Shown piece after piece: positions 1 to 9,212 of a stretch of 64,000 bases of DNA. The notes beneath the pieces were generated by a model. The model worked only from the letters and a program-made list of their open reading frames with translations. It did not search any database and was not told where the DNA came from. Both the position numbers and the translations under genes were made by a program. Every line of letters begins with the position of its first letter. Position 1 is the first letter of the stretch. This DNA is from an uncultured Verrucomicrobiota bacterium (GTDB lineage: Bacteria; Verrucomicrobiota; Verrucomicrobiia; Limisphaerales; UBA8199), in NCBI GenBank assembly GCA_964401575.1, contig CAYNZC010000002.1, forward strand, positions 3,462-67,461. Reading direction: 5' to 3'.

Positions 1-1
1 C

Positions 2-166
2 CACAACCAAAGGATTGAGGATCTCACGAAATACCGGGCCGCAAGGCACATGCTGCACGCGGCCCACCTCGCGTTTGAGCACCCGCTGACCGGCAAGACC
101 ATGGAGTTCGATGCCCCTCTTCCGCCCGATTTCTCCGATGCCCTTTCGGCGCTTAAGTTGGAATAG
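2..166 (+). CDS. Pseudouridine synthase, RluA/RluD family (3' end only; gene begins left of the window)
   Basis: Frame 2 is open from the window edge to TAG at 164-166. It translates to ...RAARHMLHAAHLAFEHPLTGKTMEFDAPLPPDFSDALSALKLE, which resembles the conserved C-terminal block of RluA-family enzymes (LHA..L.F.HP.TG....F.APLP.D). Confidence 0.6.
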   Translation, partial: HNQRIEDLTKYRAARHMLHAAHLAFEHPLTGKTMEFDAPLPPDFSDALSALKLE

Positions 167-250
167 AGAATCCGGGCGGCACAACAGAACTCGAACACAA
201 ACCAGCTCGAACAAAGGGTCTCACTCTCCCCCGCCCTTTCAACCTATCCC

Positions 251-2233
251 TCAGGTTTCGGCTTTCGGGTTTTCCAGCCCCACAGTTTGCTGAAGGACTG
301 GGTTGCGGCCAAAGCTGCGCCACATCGAAAGCGGGAGCAATCCGAGCAGGATCAAGGCTGCCTGGCTTGCCATAAAGATCCCGATCCAGAATGTGGCGGC
401 ATCCATGAAGCCATACGAATGCAGACCAATCCCAAGCATGTTCACCCCGAACCACGAGAAGCTCGTAATGATATTCCCGAAGATGACCATGTTCATAATC
501 CCGCGAGACTTTATCAGGCCGCCCCAGCGCGCGTGCAGAATCACCGTGTTCCACAAAACGATTAACAGAGCACCGTTTTCCTTTGGATCCCACCCCCAGA
601 ACCTGCCCCATGACTGATCCGCCCAGATCCCGCCCAGCACGGTCCCCACAAAGCTGAACAGCGTCGAAAAACACACAATAGCATAGACCATCCTGGACAG
701 GGCGTGCCCGAGAGTCATCTGGCCTGCGGGTCGCTCCAGCATCGGGGTGAAGACACCCAAAAGCACGAAAGCGATGCCAAGGAGGCCCGCGACGAAATTC
801 GCCGAATACCCGATGGTGATCGTGATCACATGCGTGGTGAGCCAGAAATTCGAGTCGAGAACGGCGCGCATCATCTCCATGGTGTCGCCGCCCAGCGCCA
901 GGTTGTGTGCGATGATCAACGTCACAAAGCCGGTCAAAGCGCCCACGGCGCTCCCCAAGCCGATTTTGTAAAGCCGCTCAAGAATCAGGCCGAGGAGGAC
1001 AGCGCCCCAGCCGATGAAGACGGCGGAAGAATAGAGATTTGTTACGGGCGGGCGCGCCTCGAGGTACATCCGGAACACCAGGCCAAACGTGTGAACGGCA
1101 AAAGCCAGGATCACCAGGTAAAGCGCAGACTTTCGCAAGGCTTCTCCAAGACCCGGGGCGGCCGAAATCGTGAGCAGCGCCCCGCCTGCGAGCAGGAATG
1201 CCATGATGTAAATGATCAGGGCGTGCAGGAACGCCTTTGTATTGCTGAAGAAAAACTCATGCCGGCCTTTTCGGAGCTCAGCGGCAAAATCCTTCGATAG
1301 CCACTGCCTGTACCCCTCGACCGCCGCGTTAAACCCATCCCTGTCCCCGCCCGCGAATGCGGTTCCGATGGCCGCATAAGCTCTCACGGGTTCGGGAACC
1401 GACTTTGTTTGGAGCGAGCCCATCAGCGCCTGAGCAATCGAACTCCAATCTTCACGCTTCTGTCCGGGCTGGGCAGGCGGCACCACCATTGGATAGGCAT
1501 GACCCGCATTCGGGTCTCGGGCGGACGCCATGATGCCCATGATCGGCTCCCAGAATCGCGCCAGCATCTCCTTGTCGTGGTCTTTGCCGGCCTGTCTTGC
1601 GTTCAGCGCCTCTATCCCCGCCTCCATGCCTGACTCAAATGATGCGAGCTCCTTTTTGAAATCCGTCCACTCACGGGGTTGAATAGCAGACTTGAGAGAC
1701 TGATAAACAAACAGGGCGTAATGCAGTTTCACCACCTGCTTCTGAAATGAGTTCTGCTGTTTGCTGTCGGTCTTTCTCGCCTCGTTGGCGCGCTGCTCAA
1801 TTTCGGCCAGGGCGGGCCGGAGCTGGTTAAACGTATAGTAGCGCAACCCGGATTTTTCAACACCCTGTTCCCCGATCTTCAGCTCCTCGAGAATGTCGGG
1901 GTGATGTATCAAAAAGATCGGGCGCGTATCGGCCAGGTCCGGCTTGAAGAACACTTCCAGCAGCCACTCGCCGGGCTTGAGCTTCCTGGGATGATGCCAG
2001 AACTTCCACGACGGCACCTGTTCGAGCGGCACCTCGCCCGTCGCGCGGATCTGTAGCAGGGAATTTCTTCCCACAGTATCAATGGGCTGAATGCGTCCGT
2101 TCATTAACACCGGCAGCCGCGAGAACTCGCGCAGATGCCAGTCGCCCTCCCCCTTGGGCACGTAAACAGCCACAATCTCGGCTCCGAAAAGCGCGACAAA
2201 AAACCAGGGAATTAATTTGTAGAGCCGCTTCAT
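251..2233 (-). CDS. ccsA: Cytochrome c biogenesis protein CcsA/ResC (system II haem-handling subunit), long form with ~330-aa N-terminal periplasmic region
   Basis: Trp-rich haem-binding signature WGRFWGWDPKENGALLIVLWN and multiple TM helices. The ATG at 2233 (MKRLYKLIPWFF...) overlaps the resB stop as ATGA. The longer ORF-track start at 2329 would run 100 nt into resB. Confidence 0.85.
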   Translation of the reverse strand: MKRLYKLIPWFFVALFGAEIVAVYVPKGEGDWHLREFSRLPVLMNGRIQPIDTVGRNSLLQIRATGEVPLEQVPSWKFWHHPRKLKPGEWLLEVFFKPDLADTRPIFLIHHPDILEELKIGEQGVEKSGLRYYTFNQLRPALAEIEQRANEARKTDSKQQNSFQKQVVKLHYALFVYQSLKSAIQPREWTDFKKELASFESGMEAGIEALNARQAGKDHDKEMLARFWEPIMGIMASARDPNAGHAYPMVVPPAQPGQKREDWSSIAQALMGSLQTKSVPEPVRAYAAIGTAFAGGDRDGFNAAVEGYRQWLSKDFAAELRKGRHEFFFSNTKAFLHALIIYIMAFLLAGGALLTISAAPGLGEALRKSALYLVILAFAVHTFGLVFRMYLEARPPVTNLYSSAVFIGWGAVLLGLILERLYKIGLGSAVGALTGFVTLIIAHNLALGGDTMEMMRAVLDSNFWLTTHVITITIGYSANFVAGLLGIAFVLLGVFTPMLERPAGQMTLGHALSRMVYAIVCFSTLFSFVGTVLGGIWADQSWGRFWGWDPKENGALLIVLWNTVILHARWGGLIKSRGIMNMVIFGNIITSFSWFGVNMLGIGLHSYGFMDAATFWIGIFMASQAALILLGLLPLSMWRSFGRNPVLQQTVGLENPKAET

Positions 2234-3519
2234 ACCATTTTGCGTCGCACAAACCCGATCAAATGCGCCCCGAACTGCACCATCAACCCCAGCGATACCA
2301 GCACGGTGGACAGATACGGCGTGAGCCAACCGGGGTTTCGCACCACCTGAAAGGTCGAGGAAGGCGTCATGCCCTGGCGCTGTGCCATTTCGCCTGCCGA
2401 CATCTGGTACTGATAAAACGTCTGGCCCGCGTATCGAAGCGGGGTGTTCATCTTGATGACCGTTTCGCGCGTTTCGCCCGTGACCGAATTGTCAATTCGC
2501 ACACGGCTGGCGAAGTTTTTCGGAATCTCTGTTCCCTTGTACTTCTCGTGCGTGGCCTTCAGCAGGGTAATGGTGAACGGATAATAGTACCGGGTGTAAC
2601 GCATCGAGACTTCGTAGGATTTGCCCCCGAGGGTGAATTGTTGCGGGTGCATCGCCATCGGCGAAACAAGAAAAGCCCCGGCAGAGGCTGTGCCATCGAA
2701 GAACTCGACCACCGCCGCAGGGGTGTTCCTCTCATCCATGTTTCGCGAGAGGGACTGCGGAACGACCAGCACTTCCCTGAGCTCGCCGGCTGTGGCGCCG
2801 GATGCGACACCCTTTTGCGCCGCGGCCCCGGCGGTGCCCGCCTGAACCAGCCCGGCATTGGACCAGTAGCGCCGCACCTCAACCCGAAAGGGCAGCACCC
2901 GGCTAGAGACGGCCCCGGTGGCTGTCAGCCGATGCCCGGAAATCGAATAAACCAGGTCACTCTCCGGGGAAGAGGTGTCTGCCACTGCCAACTCAAGCTC
3001 GCGGAAAGCCTGCGAGTAGTTCTTGCTCTCACCTTCGGAAAGCTGCATGGCGCTCTCAACGGAGAGCAGGTCGGTCAAAAGCTGGCCCACGAGCAACAGG
3101 ATCAGGCCAAGATGAATGAGCCAGATGCCGGCGCCGCGACGCCCCTTTGAACTGCCACTGAACAACGAAGCGACCAGGTTGAGCAGGAGCAAGCCACCGA
3201 CGAGGTAGCCGCCGGGCAGGATAGGAATTTTCCATGTTGCGCCCGCCGGTCCCCAAAAAACAAAGAAACTGCGAAAGTACTCCTCCTGCGCGCGATAAAG
3301 GCCAAGCTCGACCTGGGCCAGGGTTCCCAGCAGCACAAGCAGGCAGGCAAACAACAGGCAAACAACCGTGAGACGCAGCGATGTGAAAAAGTCCACCACC
3401 CCGCCAAGGAATTTATCCGGGATAGAGTTTCCTGCGCGAGCGGTCCCCTGCCCCGTTCCCGGTGATTTGCCCGGGGGCGAATCAGTACTTGGCTGATTTG
3501 ATGAATTTGATGAATGCAT
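2230..3519 (-). CDS. resB: Cytochrome c biogenesis protein ResB/Ccs1 (CcsB)
   Basis: ResB-like layout: an N-terminal TM pair (LRLTVVCLLFACLLVLLGTLAQ, WKIPILPGGYLVGGLLLLN...), a large periplasmic domain and a C-terminal TM. It sits immediately upstream of and is ATGA-coupled to ccsA. The start is ambiguous: ATG 3543 or 3519, or GTG 3399 (VVDFFTSLRL). The ATG starts overlap the upstream lipoprotein gene. Confidence 0.8.
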   Translation of the reverse strand: MHSSNSSNQPSTDSPPGKSPGTGQGTARAGNSIPDKFLGGVVDFFTSLRLTVVCLLFACLLVLLGTLAQVELGLYRAQEEYFRSFFVFWGPAGATWKIPILPGGYLVGGLLLLNLVASLFSGSSKGRRGAGIWLIHLGLILLLVGQLLTDLLSVESAMQLSEGESKNYSQAFRELELAVADTSSPESDLVYSISGHRLTATGAVSSRVLPFRVEVRRYWSNAGLVQAGTAGAAAQKGVASGATAGELREVLVVPQSLSRNMDERNTPAAVVEFFDGTASAGAFLVSPMAMHPQQFTLGGKSYEVSMRYTRYYYPFTITLLKATHEKYKGTEIPKNFASRVRIDNSVTGETRETVIKMNTPLRYAGQTFYQYQMSAGEMAQRQGMTPSSTFQVVRNPGWLTPYLSTVLVSLGLMVQFGAHLIGFVRRKMV

Positions 3520-4555
3520 CCTTTTCACGCTCCACAACGGCATCGTCGCCCATCAACTTATAAAACCACGTTTGCCCCGGCTGCGGAACAACCGCCCCGA
3601 TCAACCGGGCCGGCTGGCTGGTGCGCGCATCTGTGCCTTTTAAATCCACCAGAGTCGCCTCGCCCGAGTCCACTTGAAACTTCTCCACCTTCAACTCCCC
3701 GGCACTCGCCTCCGTGAGTCCCAACTGTCCCCGCCACCGATTGACATTTCCCAGCACCCCACCGCCATCACCTGCGGACACACTCACATTCACAGCAGCT
3801 TCACGCCCCCCATCCCCGGTGATCATGTACTTTGCGGCGAGAAACTGACCTGCGGCGCCCTCCTTCCATCCCGCCGGCACAACCCACTGCGGCTTGCTGC
3901 CCGGAGCCGAGGGCGTGGCGTCTCCTGCCACCCGTTCTGGTGAACCCGCCGGTTCCTCTACAAACACCACCGACTTCAAGAACTGCCGAAACTTCTCCTT
4001 TTGCGAGGACACCAATCCGTCGTCGCCGGTCATCTTGAAAAACCATGCCATCCCCTCCCTCCTCAGGATGGCGCCCATGATCCGTGTCTTGCCTGTCTGC
4101 CCGGGCTGCAATCCTGCCATCTCGTAAAGGTAACCGCTCGATCCGCCCACATCCACCGTTTCAACCGAACGCTCCAACTCTTCCTGCCCGATGGGCTCGA
4201 GTCCCACCTGGCCTCGCCAGCGATTGACGTTCCCGAGATCGCTCCCGGCCATCCCGGGCAAGGGAAACACACCCACGTCCGCCACTTCCTCCCCTGTTCC
4301 TTTCAGGCGGAAAGATGCCGCCCGCATCTGACCCGCAGGCACTTCTTCCCAACCCGCCGGAGTGCTCCACTTCAGCGTGGGCGTCGACCCCGTAACCCCA
4401 TGACCATGTGCGGAATGGGCGGCGGACATGGCTGAATTCTCACGGGGCGGCTTGCCAACCCGGTACGTGCGGATGTCATCACGACCGCAACCTGGCAGAA
4501 TGCATACTGCCGCAGCGAGACCCCAGAGAACAGAAAGTGAACACGGAAAACGCAC
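3482..4555 (-). CDS. Lipoprotein with two tandem copies of a ~135-aa domain (unknown function), first gene of the resB-ccsA operon
   Basis: GTG start. Signal peptide plus lipobox (AAVCILPGC-G). Internal duplication: residues ~61-198 and ~222-357 share W..PAGW.E, GNVNRWRGQ(V/L)GL, W(F/Y)(F/Y)K(M/L).GDD and F..F(L/I)KS. A His-rich linker SAAHSAHGHG follows the lipobox. Confidence 0.75.
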   Translation of the reverse strand: MRFPCSLSVLWGLAAAVCILPGCGRDDIRTYRVGKPPRENSAMSAAHSAHGHGVTGSTPTLKWSTPAGWEEVPAGQMRAASFRLKGTGEEVADVGVFPLPGMAGSDLGNVNRWRGQVGLEPIGQEELERSVETVDVGGSSGYLYEMAGLQPGQTGKTRIMGAILRREGMAWFFKMTGDDGLVSSQKEKFRQFLKSVVFVEEPAGSPERVAGDATPSAPGSKPQWVVPAGWKEGAAGQFLAAKYMITGDGGREAAVNVSVSAGDGGGVLGNVNRWRGQLGLTEASAGELKVEKFQVDSGEATLVDLKGTDARTSQPARLIGAVVPQPGQTWFYKLMGDDAVVEREKDAFIKFIKSAKY

Positions 4556-4612
4556 GGTTTCTTCTAATGGATGTTCAGGTGAAAATCAAGTGAAGGTTGT
4601 CGTGACGAGGAC

Positions 4613-4651
4613 AAAAAATGCAAAGCCGGGAACAGACTGTCGAGCCCGGCT
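4613..4651 (-). terminator. Rho-independent terminator of the large surface-protein gene
   Basis: Stem AGCCGGG (4624-4630) / CCCGGCT (4645-4651). On the minus strand it is followed by TTTTTT (complement of the A-run 4613-4618). It lies ~210 nt downstream of the stop at 4861. Confidence 0.5.
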
Positions 4652-4860
4652 CCTGTTTCCCAGGGTTTACAGGTGTCTCACCCTTGATTGGACGTTGCAG
4701 TGGTGTAAGCCGACAACATGTCTGCGTTCCGATCTGTCGGAGTTTCGCCCGCATTATGAAATATCCGGACCAAGGCTTCCGGGCCATGGCCCAGTGGTTC
4801 CTTTCGCAGCGCGAGGCCCGGCACCGGTGAGGACGGTTCCTGCTCCCGATGCCACGCCCA

Positions 4861-7800
4861 TCATGGCGTGGATTTCGCGCGGTAGAATTCCAGCACTGCA
4901 TTCGTCGTCGGTCCGACGATTTCCGCCGGTTGCGCCCCGAGGACGACATTCGTCCAAAGCGTCCAATGCACCAGGTTCGTGCTGGAGAGAATGTCGTAGG
5001 TCCCCGGCTCGCCGCTTAACACCAGCCGCAACTGTCCGCCGGGCAAGGGCTCTGCCACATCAAACTTCAGCGGCAGCAGAGGCGCCACGGCAAGGTTCGC
5101 CCCTGAACTCGTGACGGTGCCCGCCATGTTGGTGATCAGCACGGAGTATGTGCCGGCGTCGGATGCCTGCACACTGTTGCGCATGAAGGAGCTTGATGTT
5201 GCGGCAGGGATGGGAGTGCCGTTGAACCGCCACTGGTAGCCCAGGGTAGCCGTTCCCCCGGCTTGCACTGTAAAGGTGGCGCTCGCGCCCTCCTTCACTG
5301 ACTGGCCGGCCGGCTGCGATAGGATATACGGCGGCACATTAGTCACATACACTTCGAACTTTACGTTGTCTATCATGCCAAAGCTCATGTTCGTGTTGTC
5401 ACTGAGCGATGCGTAGCTGTCCCAGTAGCCGATGAAGAACTTGTTGCCGGGCAGCGAAGCCTCCGGAACGCTTGCGATCTTGTGTCCGTCAATGAACCAC
5501 TCCACCGTGCTGCCCTGCCGCGTAAGCATGATTTGCCTCCAGGCAAAACCAATCGTCCCGGCCTCCAGGCTGCCCGCCTGCCGCGAGTCGGACAGTTGCG
5601 CCGAGGGGGCGGTCTGGCCACCGGGGAACCGGGCCGTGTAATAGGCGCTCAGATTGTCGCGCGCATCCGACGCCGTGCCGGCCATGTACACACCTGATCC
5701 CGGGTAAAATGCCGTGGTCCCGTTGCATGCGTAGAAGTCGATCGCGCCCTGACCCTCGCCATCCACGGCGAACCATGCGCCATCCGCTGTCGATCCCGTC
5801 CCTATCCATTGCACGGGTGTTCCCGTGGTGCCCATGCCGACAGTTCCATGTTGGGTGGACCCGGTCCCGCCCGCCGGGAATTGGCCGTTGGCATTCATCC
5901 AGAGATAATAAGTGAGCTTGCAGTCCGCCGGAAAAACCCCGGAAGACGGGCTCATATTCAGCGCCGCCACCACGCCGTTTGCCATGTTCGCCTCGAACTT
6001 CGCCCCTCGCGTGCTTCCGCCTGTTGATCCGGGCGCAGATGGAATGCCATACGGCGAGTAGTCGTAGTTGAAGGTCACTCGCGTGTCCGTGGAGGATTTT
6101 CTCACCGTCCATCGCGAGGAAGAGTTGGTTTCAAAGAGATCCACAAAAGCCGTCTGCAGCACGGGTGCGACGGTGGCCTCCACCAGCGCCGCCAGGCTCG
6201 TGTCCGCGCCGAACGTGTTTGTCACCACCACATCATAATACCCGGAGTGGACCGGCTGGAAATTGGACTTCGTGTAGCTGGTCCTGGTCTCGCCAACAAT
6301 CGGAGTTCCGTTAAATCGCCACTGGTAATTGAGCGCCGGCGTGCCGCTGGCCGCCGCCGTGAGCACTACCGTGCCTCCTTGCAGCACACGAGTCGATGCC
6401 GGATCCGCCACGATTTGCGGCGGCTGGTTTGTGGGTATCCCGCTTAGCAGGAACGTCAGTGTGTCCGCCATGTAGGCGCTTCTCGTCGCACCTGCAGTCA
6501 TCGTCTCAAACGGAAAACCGAACAGGACCACTCGGCCTCCACCCGCCGATCCGTCATACTGGATTCCGGCATACCCGCTGGACACGCCGGAGTAACTCAC
6601 CGCGGCCACAGCTCCCGCACCCGCCGGTTGCATCACGTCCGGCATCTGCGCCCAGTAAATGCCCCGGCTGCCGTCGTCCACGATTGCATTGGCATTGCCC
6701 GCAAACACGCCGTTCGCATGCGCCGTCGCTGTGTAAGAAGCCGAATTGCTGCTCACGAATGTCGTGTGCAGATAATTCTGCAAAAAGTTCCGGTCCGCCG
6801 TGCTGGCCGCCGGCCCACCGAGATCCGTCACCAGATCCGCCCCGGAGACAAACATCGCCCCGCCCGCAAGCAAGTAGGTCGCCAGTCGGGACTGCTCGGT
6901 TGCGCTGATGGTCTCCTGGGCAATCGAGTCATTGCCGCACGCCCAAATCACGACAGCGTAATTAGCCAGGACCACCTGTCCGTTCGCTACCGCCTCGTTC
7001 TGGCAGGAATCAAAAGCCATACCGTGCGCGCTAATCGCCTTGCCGTGCTGCGCCACGTAATCAAACGAGTTGACCCGGCGCGGCCACACCCGCTCGATCG
7101 CCCCGGTGCTGTCCGGCGCCACCCAACCCTGCCGCGTGGTGTCCTGACGAAGGTTGCTCGTCCGGTCCAGGCGGTCGTATGCATTCACCACCAGCACCAC
7201 GGGCCCGTTGGTCGAGGATACCCTGCATCCCACCGTCTCCGATGGCATTGATTCGCCGCCGGCATTCGCCGCCGCAATGCGGAAGTAATGATCTGTGTTG
7301 GCAGGCAAATTGGTCACAGTGTAGGTCGTCACATTGCCCACGGACACCGGGTTTCCGAAACCATAACCGTCCGCGGACCGGTAAATGACGTAATTCGTCG
7401 GGCTTTGGCTTCCCCCGCTGCTCGTTGGGGCCGCCCACGTCAGGGTAATATTCCCTCCGCCGGAGGAGATCGCGCGGGGATTTACCGGAGGCTCAGGCAA
7501 AAACGCCAGGGGCGCCGGGCTGTTTGTGTCGTAGGTGTTCATGAACCGCACCAGTCCATGCAGCACAGACCTTGCGATCGCCGCGCGCCCCTTGGCATCG
7601 CGCATAATCTTTGCGTCATCCACACTGTCATGAAACGCCACCTCCACAATCGTTGCCGCCATCTCGTTGTTAAAGAGGGTTCCCGTAATCTCAGAGTAAG
7701 ACCCCGAGTAGGTGTGTGTCGTTCGCGTCGTCCACGCTACCTCCAGCGGGGGCGCCCCGAGCGCAGCCATGTCCTCATTTACTTCCTTGCCCGTCAACAA

Positions 7801-8952
7801 CGCCAACTGCGACTGGTAAGGCGTTGGGGTGCCGGTAATCAACCCTACTGCCCCGCGGCCGCCACCCGCGTTCGAGTGAAATCCAATGTGCGCCCGCTTG
7901 AACAAATCACCCGAAGCCTCGCGGTTCATCTCCGCCGTCATCTTAGGCGGCGCAGACCAACTATCGGACTCGTCATCCCCGGTCCCATCGTAAAGCGAGG
8001 AAGACTGCCCCTGGCCCAGGCTCGAACGAATCCAGTACCGGTTGCTCTCATCTTCCCGCGGGTAGCCCGAACCGCCGCCGCCCGTGTCCGTCGCCCCCAT
8101 CCCGTTCCCAAACCGGATTGCATCCGCAATGATCACACTCCCCGTCGCCGAACCACGCAGATTGCTGATCACCACCGAGCCCGACGCCGGGTTTGACCCG
8201 GCATTAAAATAATACTCGCCCAGGTAAACCCACCCTGCCCCCACCAGGTAATGCGGTATTCGCACCTGTGATTCCCCGCCAGTATGTTTGATCCGGTAAA
8301 GCTGGTCGCACCGGTCCGAACCGTGCAACGCCCATGTGTACACCGGATAATGACCCGCCACAGGTATGTTCGGGGTGTAGGTTGCCGTTGCGGACTCCGC
8401 ATCCGCCAGTGACGCGTACCGATACGGCACATCTCCCGACGACCCATAGAATTTAGTCGAACTGCTGTTCGCCCACGACCCCGCAAACACCACCCCGGAA
8501 CTGTCATTATCCAACACCACTTCGTTCGTCTGCTGACCCAGCGGGCGAAACGGCACCACGACAGCTCCCGCATTAAAGCAGTACATCCCAAAAAAATTCA
8601 TCTGGTCCACATTCCCGTAGTCCTCGTTCATGTCGTTCAGATTTCCCCGGAGCAAACGCCACGGCGGCGTAAAATCCGCGTCATACGTCCACCCATGACC
8701 CGCATTCATGTAAATCACTCTGCCGGACAACGCCCCCTGCGGCTGGCGCGTGGCCGACGCCATGGCGCCGAATGTGTAGCTCGGCCGACCCTCTGAAAGC
8801 GCCGGGCCGGGCGCCGGCGGAGGCGCCGGCTCGCACCAGTCCGGCGACTGCGGCACCGGCGGATCGTCCACAAAACGGTCCTCAGAAGCTGGAAGCACAG
8901 GGGTCAACGCCAGGGAAGCGACAACGAACAAACGAAACATCAGGTACCGCAT
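4861..8952 (-). CDS. Large secreted multidomain protein: split amidase_3-like domain + FN3 + two Ig-like (I-set type) modules + LamG/concanavalin-like region
   Basis: Signal peptide MRYLMFRLFVVASLALTPVLPA. MurNAc-LAA-like motifs NAGHGW, GFHSNAGGG and VEVAFHDSVDDA, separated by a ~150-aa insert. FN3-like segment (ITLTWAAP...YVIYRS...YFRIAAANAGG). Two Ig-like repeats each contain YQWRFNGTPI. Start taken at ATG 8952; a GTG at 8991 is also possible. Confidence 0.8.
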   Translation of the reverse strand: MRYLMFRLFVVASLALTPVLPASEDRFVDDPPVPQSPDWCEPAPPPAPGPALSEGRPSYTFGAMASATRQPQGALSGRVIYMNAGHGWTYDADFTPPWRLLRGNLNDMNEDYGNVDQMNFFGMYCFNAGAVVVPFRPLGQQTNEVVLDNDSSGVVFAGSWANSSSTKFYGSSGDVPYRYASLADAESATATYTPNIPVAGHYPVYTWALHGSDRCDQLYRIKHTGGESQVRIPHYLVGAGWVYLGEYYFNAGSNPASGSVVISNLRGSATGSVIIADAIRFGNGMGATDTGGGGSGYPREDESNRYWIRSSLGQGQSSSLYDGTGDDESDSWSAPPKMTAEMNREASGDLFKRAHIGFHSNAGGGRGAVGLITGTPTPYQSQLALLTGKEVNEDMAALGAPPLEVAWTTRTTHTYSGSYSEITGTLFNNEMAATIVEVAFHDSVDDAKIMRDAKGRAAIARSVLHGLVRFMNTYDTNSPAPLAFLPEPPVNPRAISSGGGNITLTWAAPTSSGGSQSPTNYVIYRSADGYGFGNPVSVGNVTTYTVTNLPANTDHYFRIAAANAGGESMPSETVGCRVSSTNGPVVLVVNAYDRLDRTSNLRQDTTRQGWVAPDSTGAIERVWPRRVNSFDYVAQHGKAISAHGMAFDSCQNEAVANGQVVLANYAVVIWACGNDSIAQETISATEQSRLATYLLAGGAMFVSGADLVTDLGGPAASTADRNFLQNYLHTTFVSSNSASYTATAHANGVFAGNANAIVDDGSRGIYWAQMPDVMQPAGAGAVAAVSYSGVSSGYAGIQYDGSAGGGRVVLFGFPFETMTAGATRSAYMADTLTFLLSGIPTNQPPQIVADPASTRVLQGGTVVLTAAASGTPALNYQWRFNGTPIVGETRTSYTKSNFQPVHSGYYDVVVTNTFGADTSLAALVEATVAPVLQTAFVDLFETNSSSRWTVRKSSTDTRVTFNYDYSPYGIPSAPGSTGGSTRGAKFEANMANGVVAALNMSPSSGVFPADCKLTYYLWMNANGQFPAGGTGSTQHGTVGMGTTGTPVQWIGTGSTADGAWFAVDGEGQGAIDFYACNGTTAFYPGSGVYMAGTASDARDNLSAYYTARFPGGQTAPSAQLSDSRQAGSLEAGTIGFAWRQIMLTRQGSTVEWFIDGHKIASVPEASLPGNKFFIGYWDSYASLSDNTNMSFGMIDNVKFEVYVTNVPPYILSQPAGQSVKEGASATFTVQAGGTATLGYQWRFNGTPIPAATSSSFMRNSVQASDAGTYSVLITNMAGTVTSSGANLAVAPLLPLKFDVAEPLPGGQLRLVLSGEPGTYDILSSTNLVHWTLWTNVVLGAQPAEIVGPTTNAVLEFYRAKSTP

Positions 8953-9118
8953 TGCCAAACAATAACATAATTTGACGTGACCAGCAATCACTGAGAAGCG
9001 CTAATTCGCCCACCGCCCCGTCACAAACAGCTCGCTCATGAGCCCAGATCCGACAGTGCCCTATTCTCCCAACGCCCCAGTCCTGGATGTCTTTCACCCT
9101 CCATTCCTGGCTGTCGGT

Positions 9119-9135
9119 CGGACAAAAAATGTCCG
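9119..9135. promoter_or_regulatory. Perfect inverted repeat CGGACA-N5-TGTCCG next to a TTGACA hexamer, upstream of the 9213 operon (candidate operator)
   Basis: CGGACAAAAAATGTCCG at 9119-9135, with TTGACA at 9140-9145. It lies in the 260-bp divergent region between the surface-protein gene and the seven-gene operon, 78 nt upstream of ATG 9213. No convincing -10 box was seen. Confidence 0.25.
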
Positions 9136-9212
9136 TTCTTTGACAAATCTGCCGTAGCTCTTTTTTCACATTCCTCTCACCCTTTCATCGGATTAGACTC
9201 TTCGAGTCGTTT

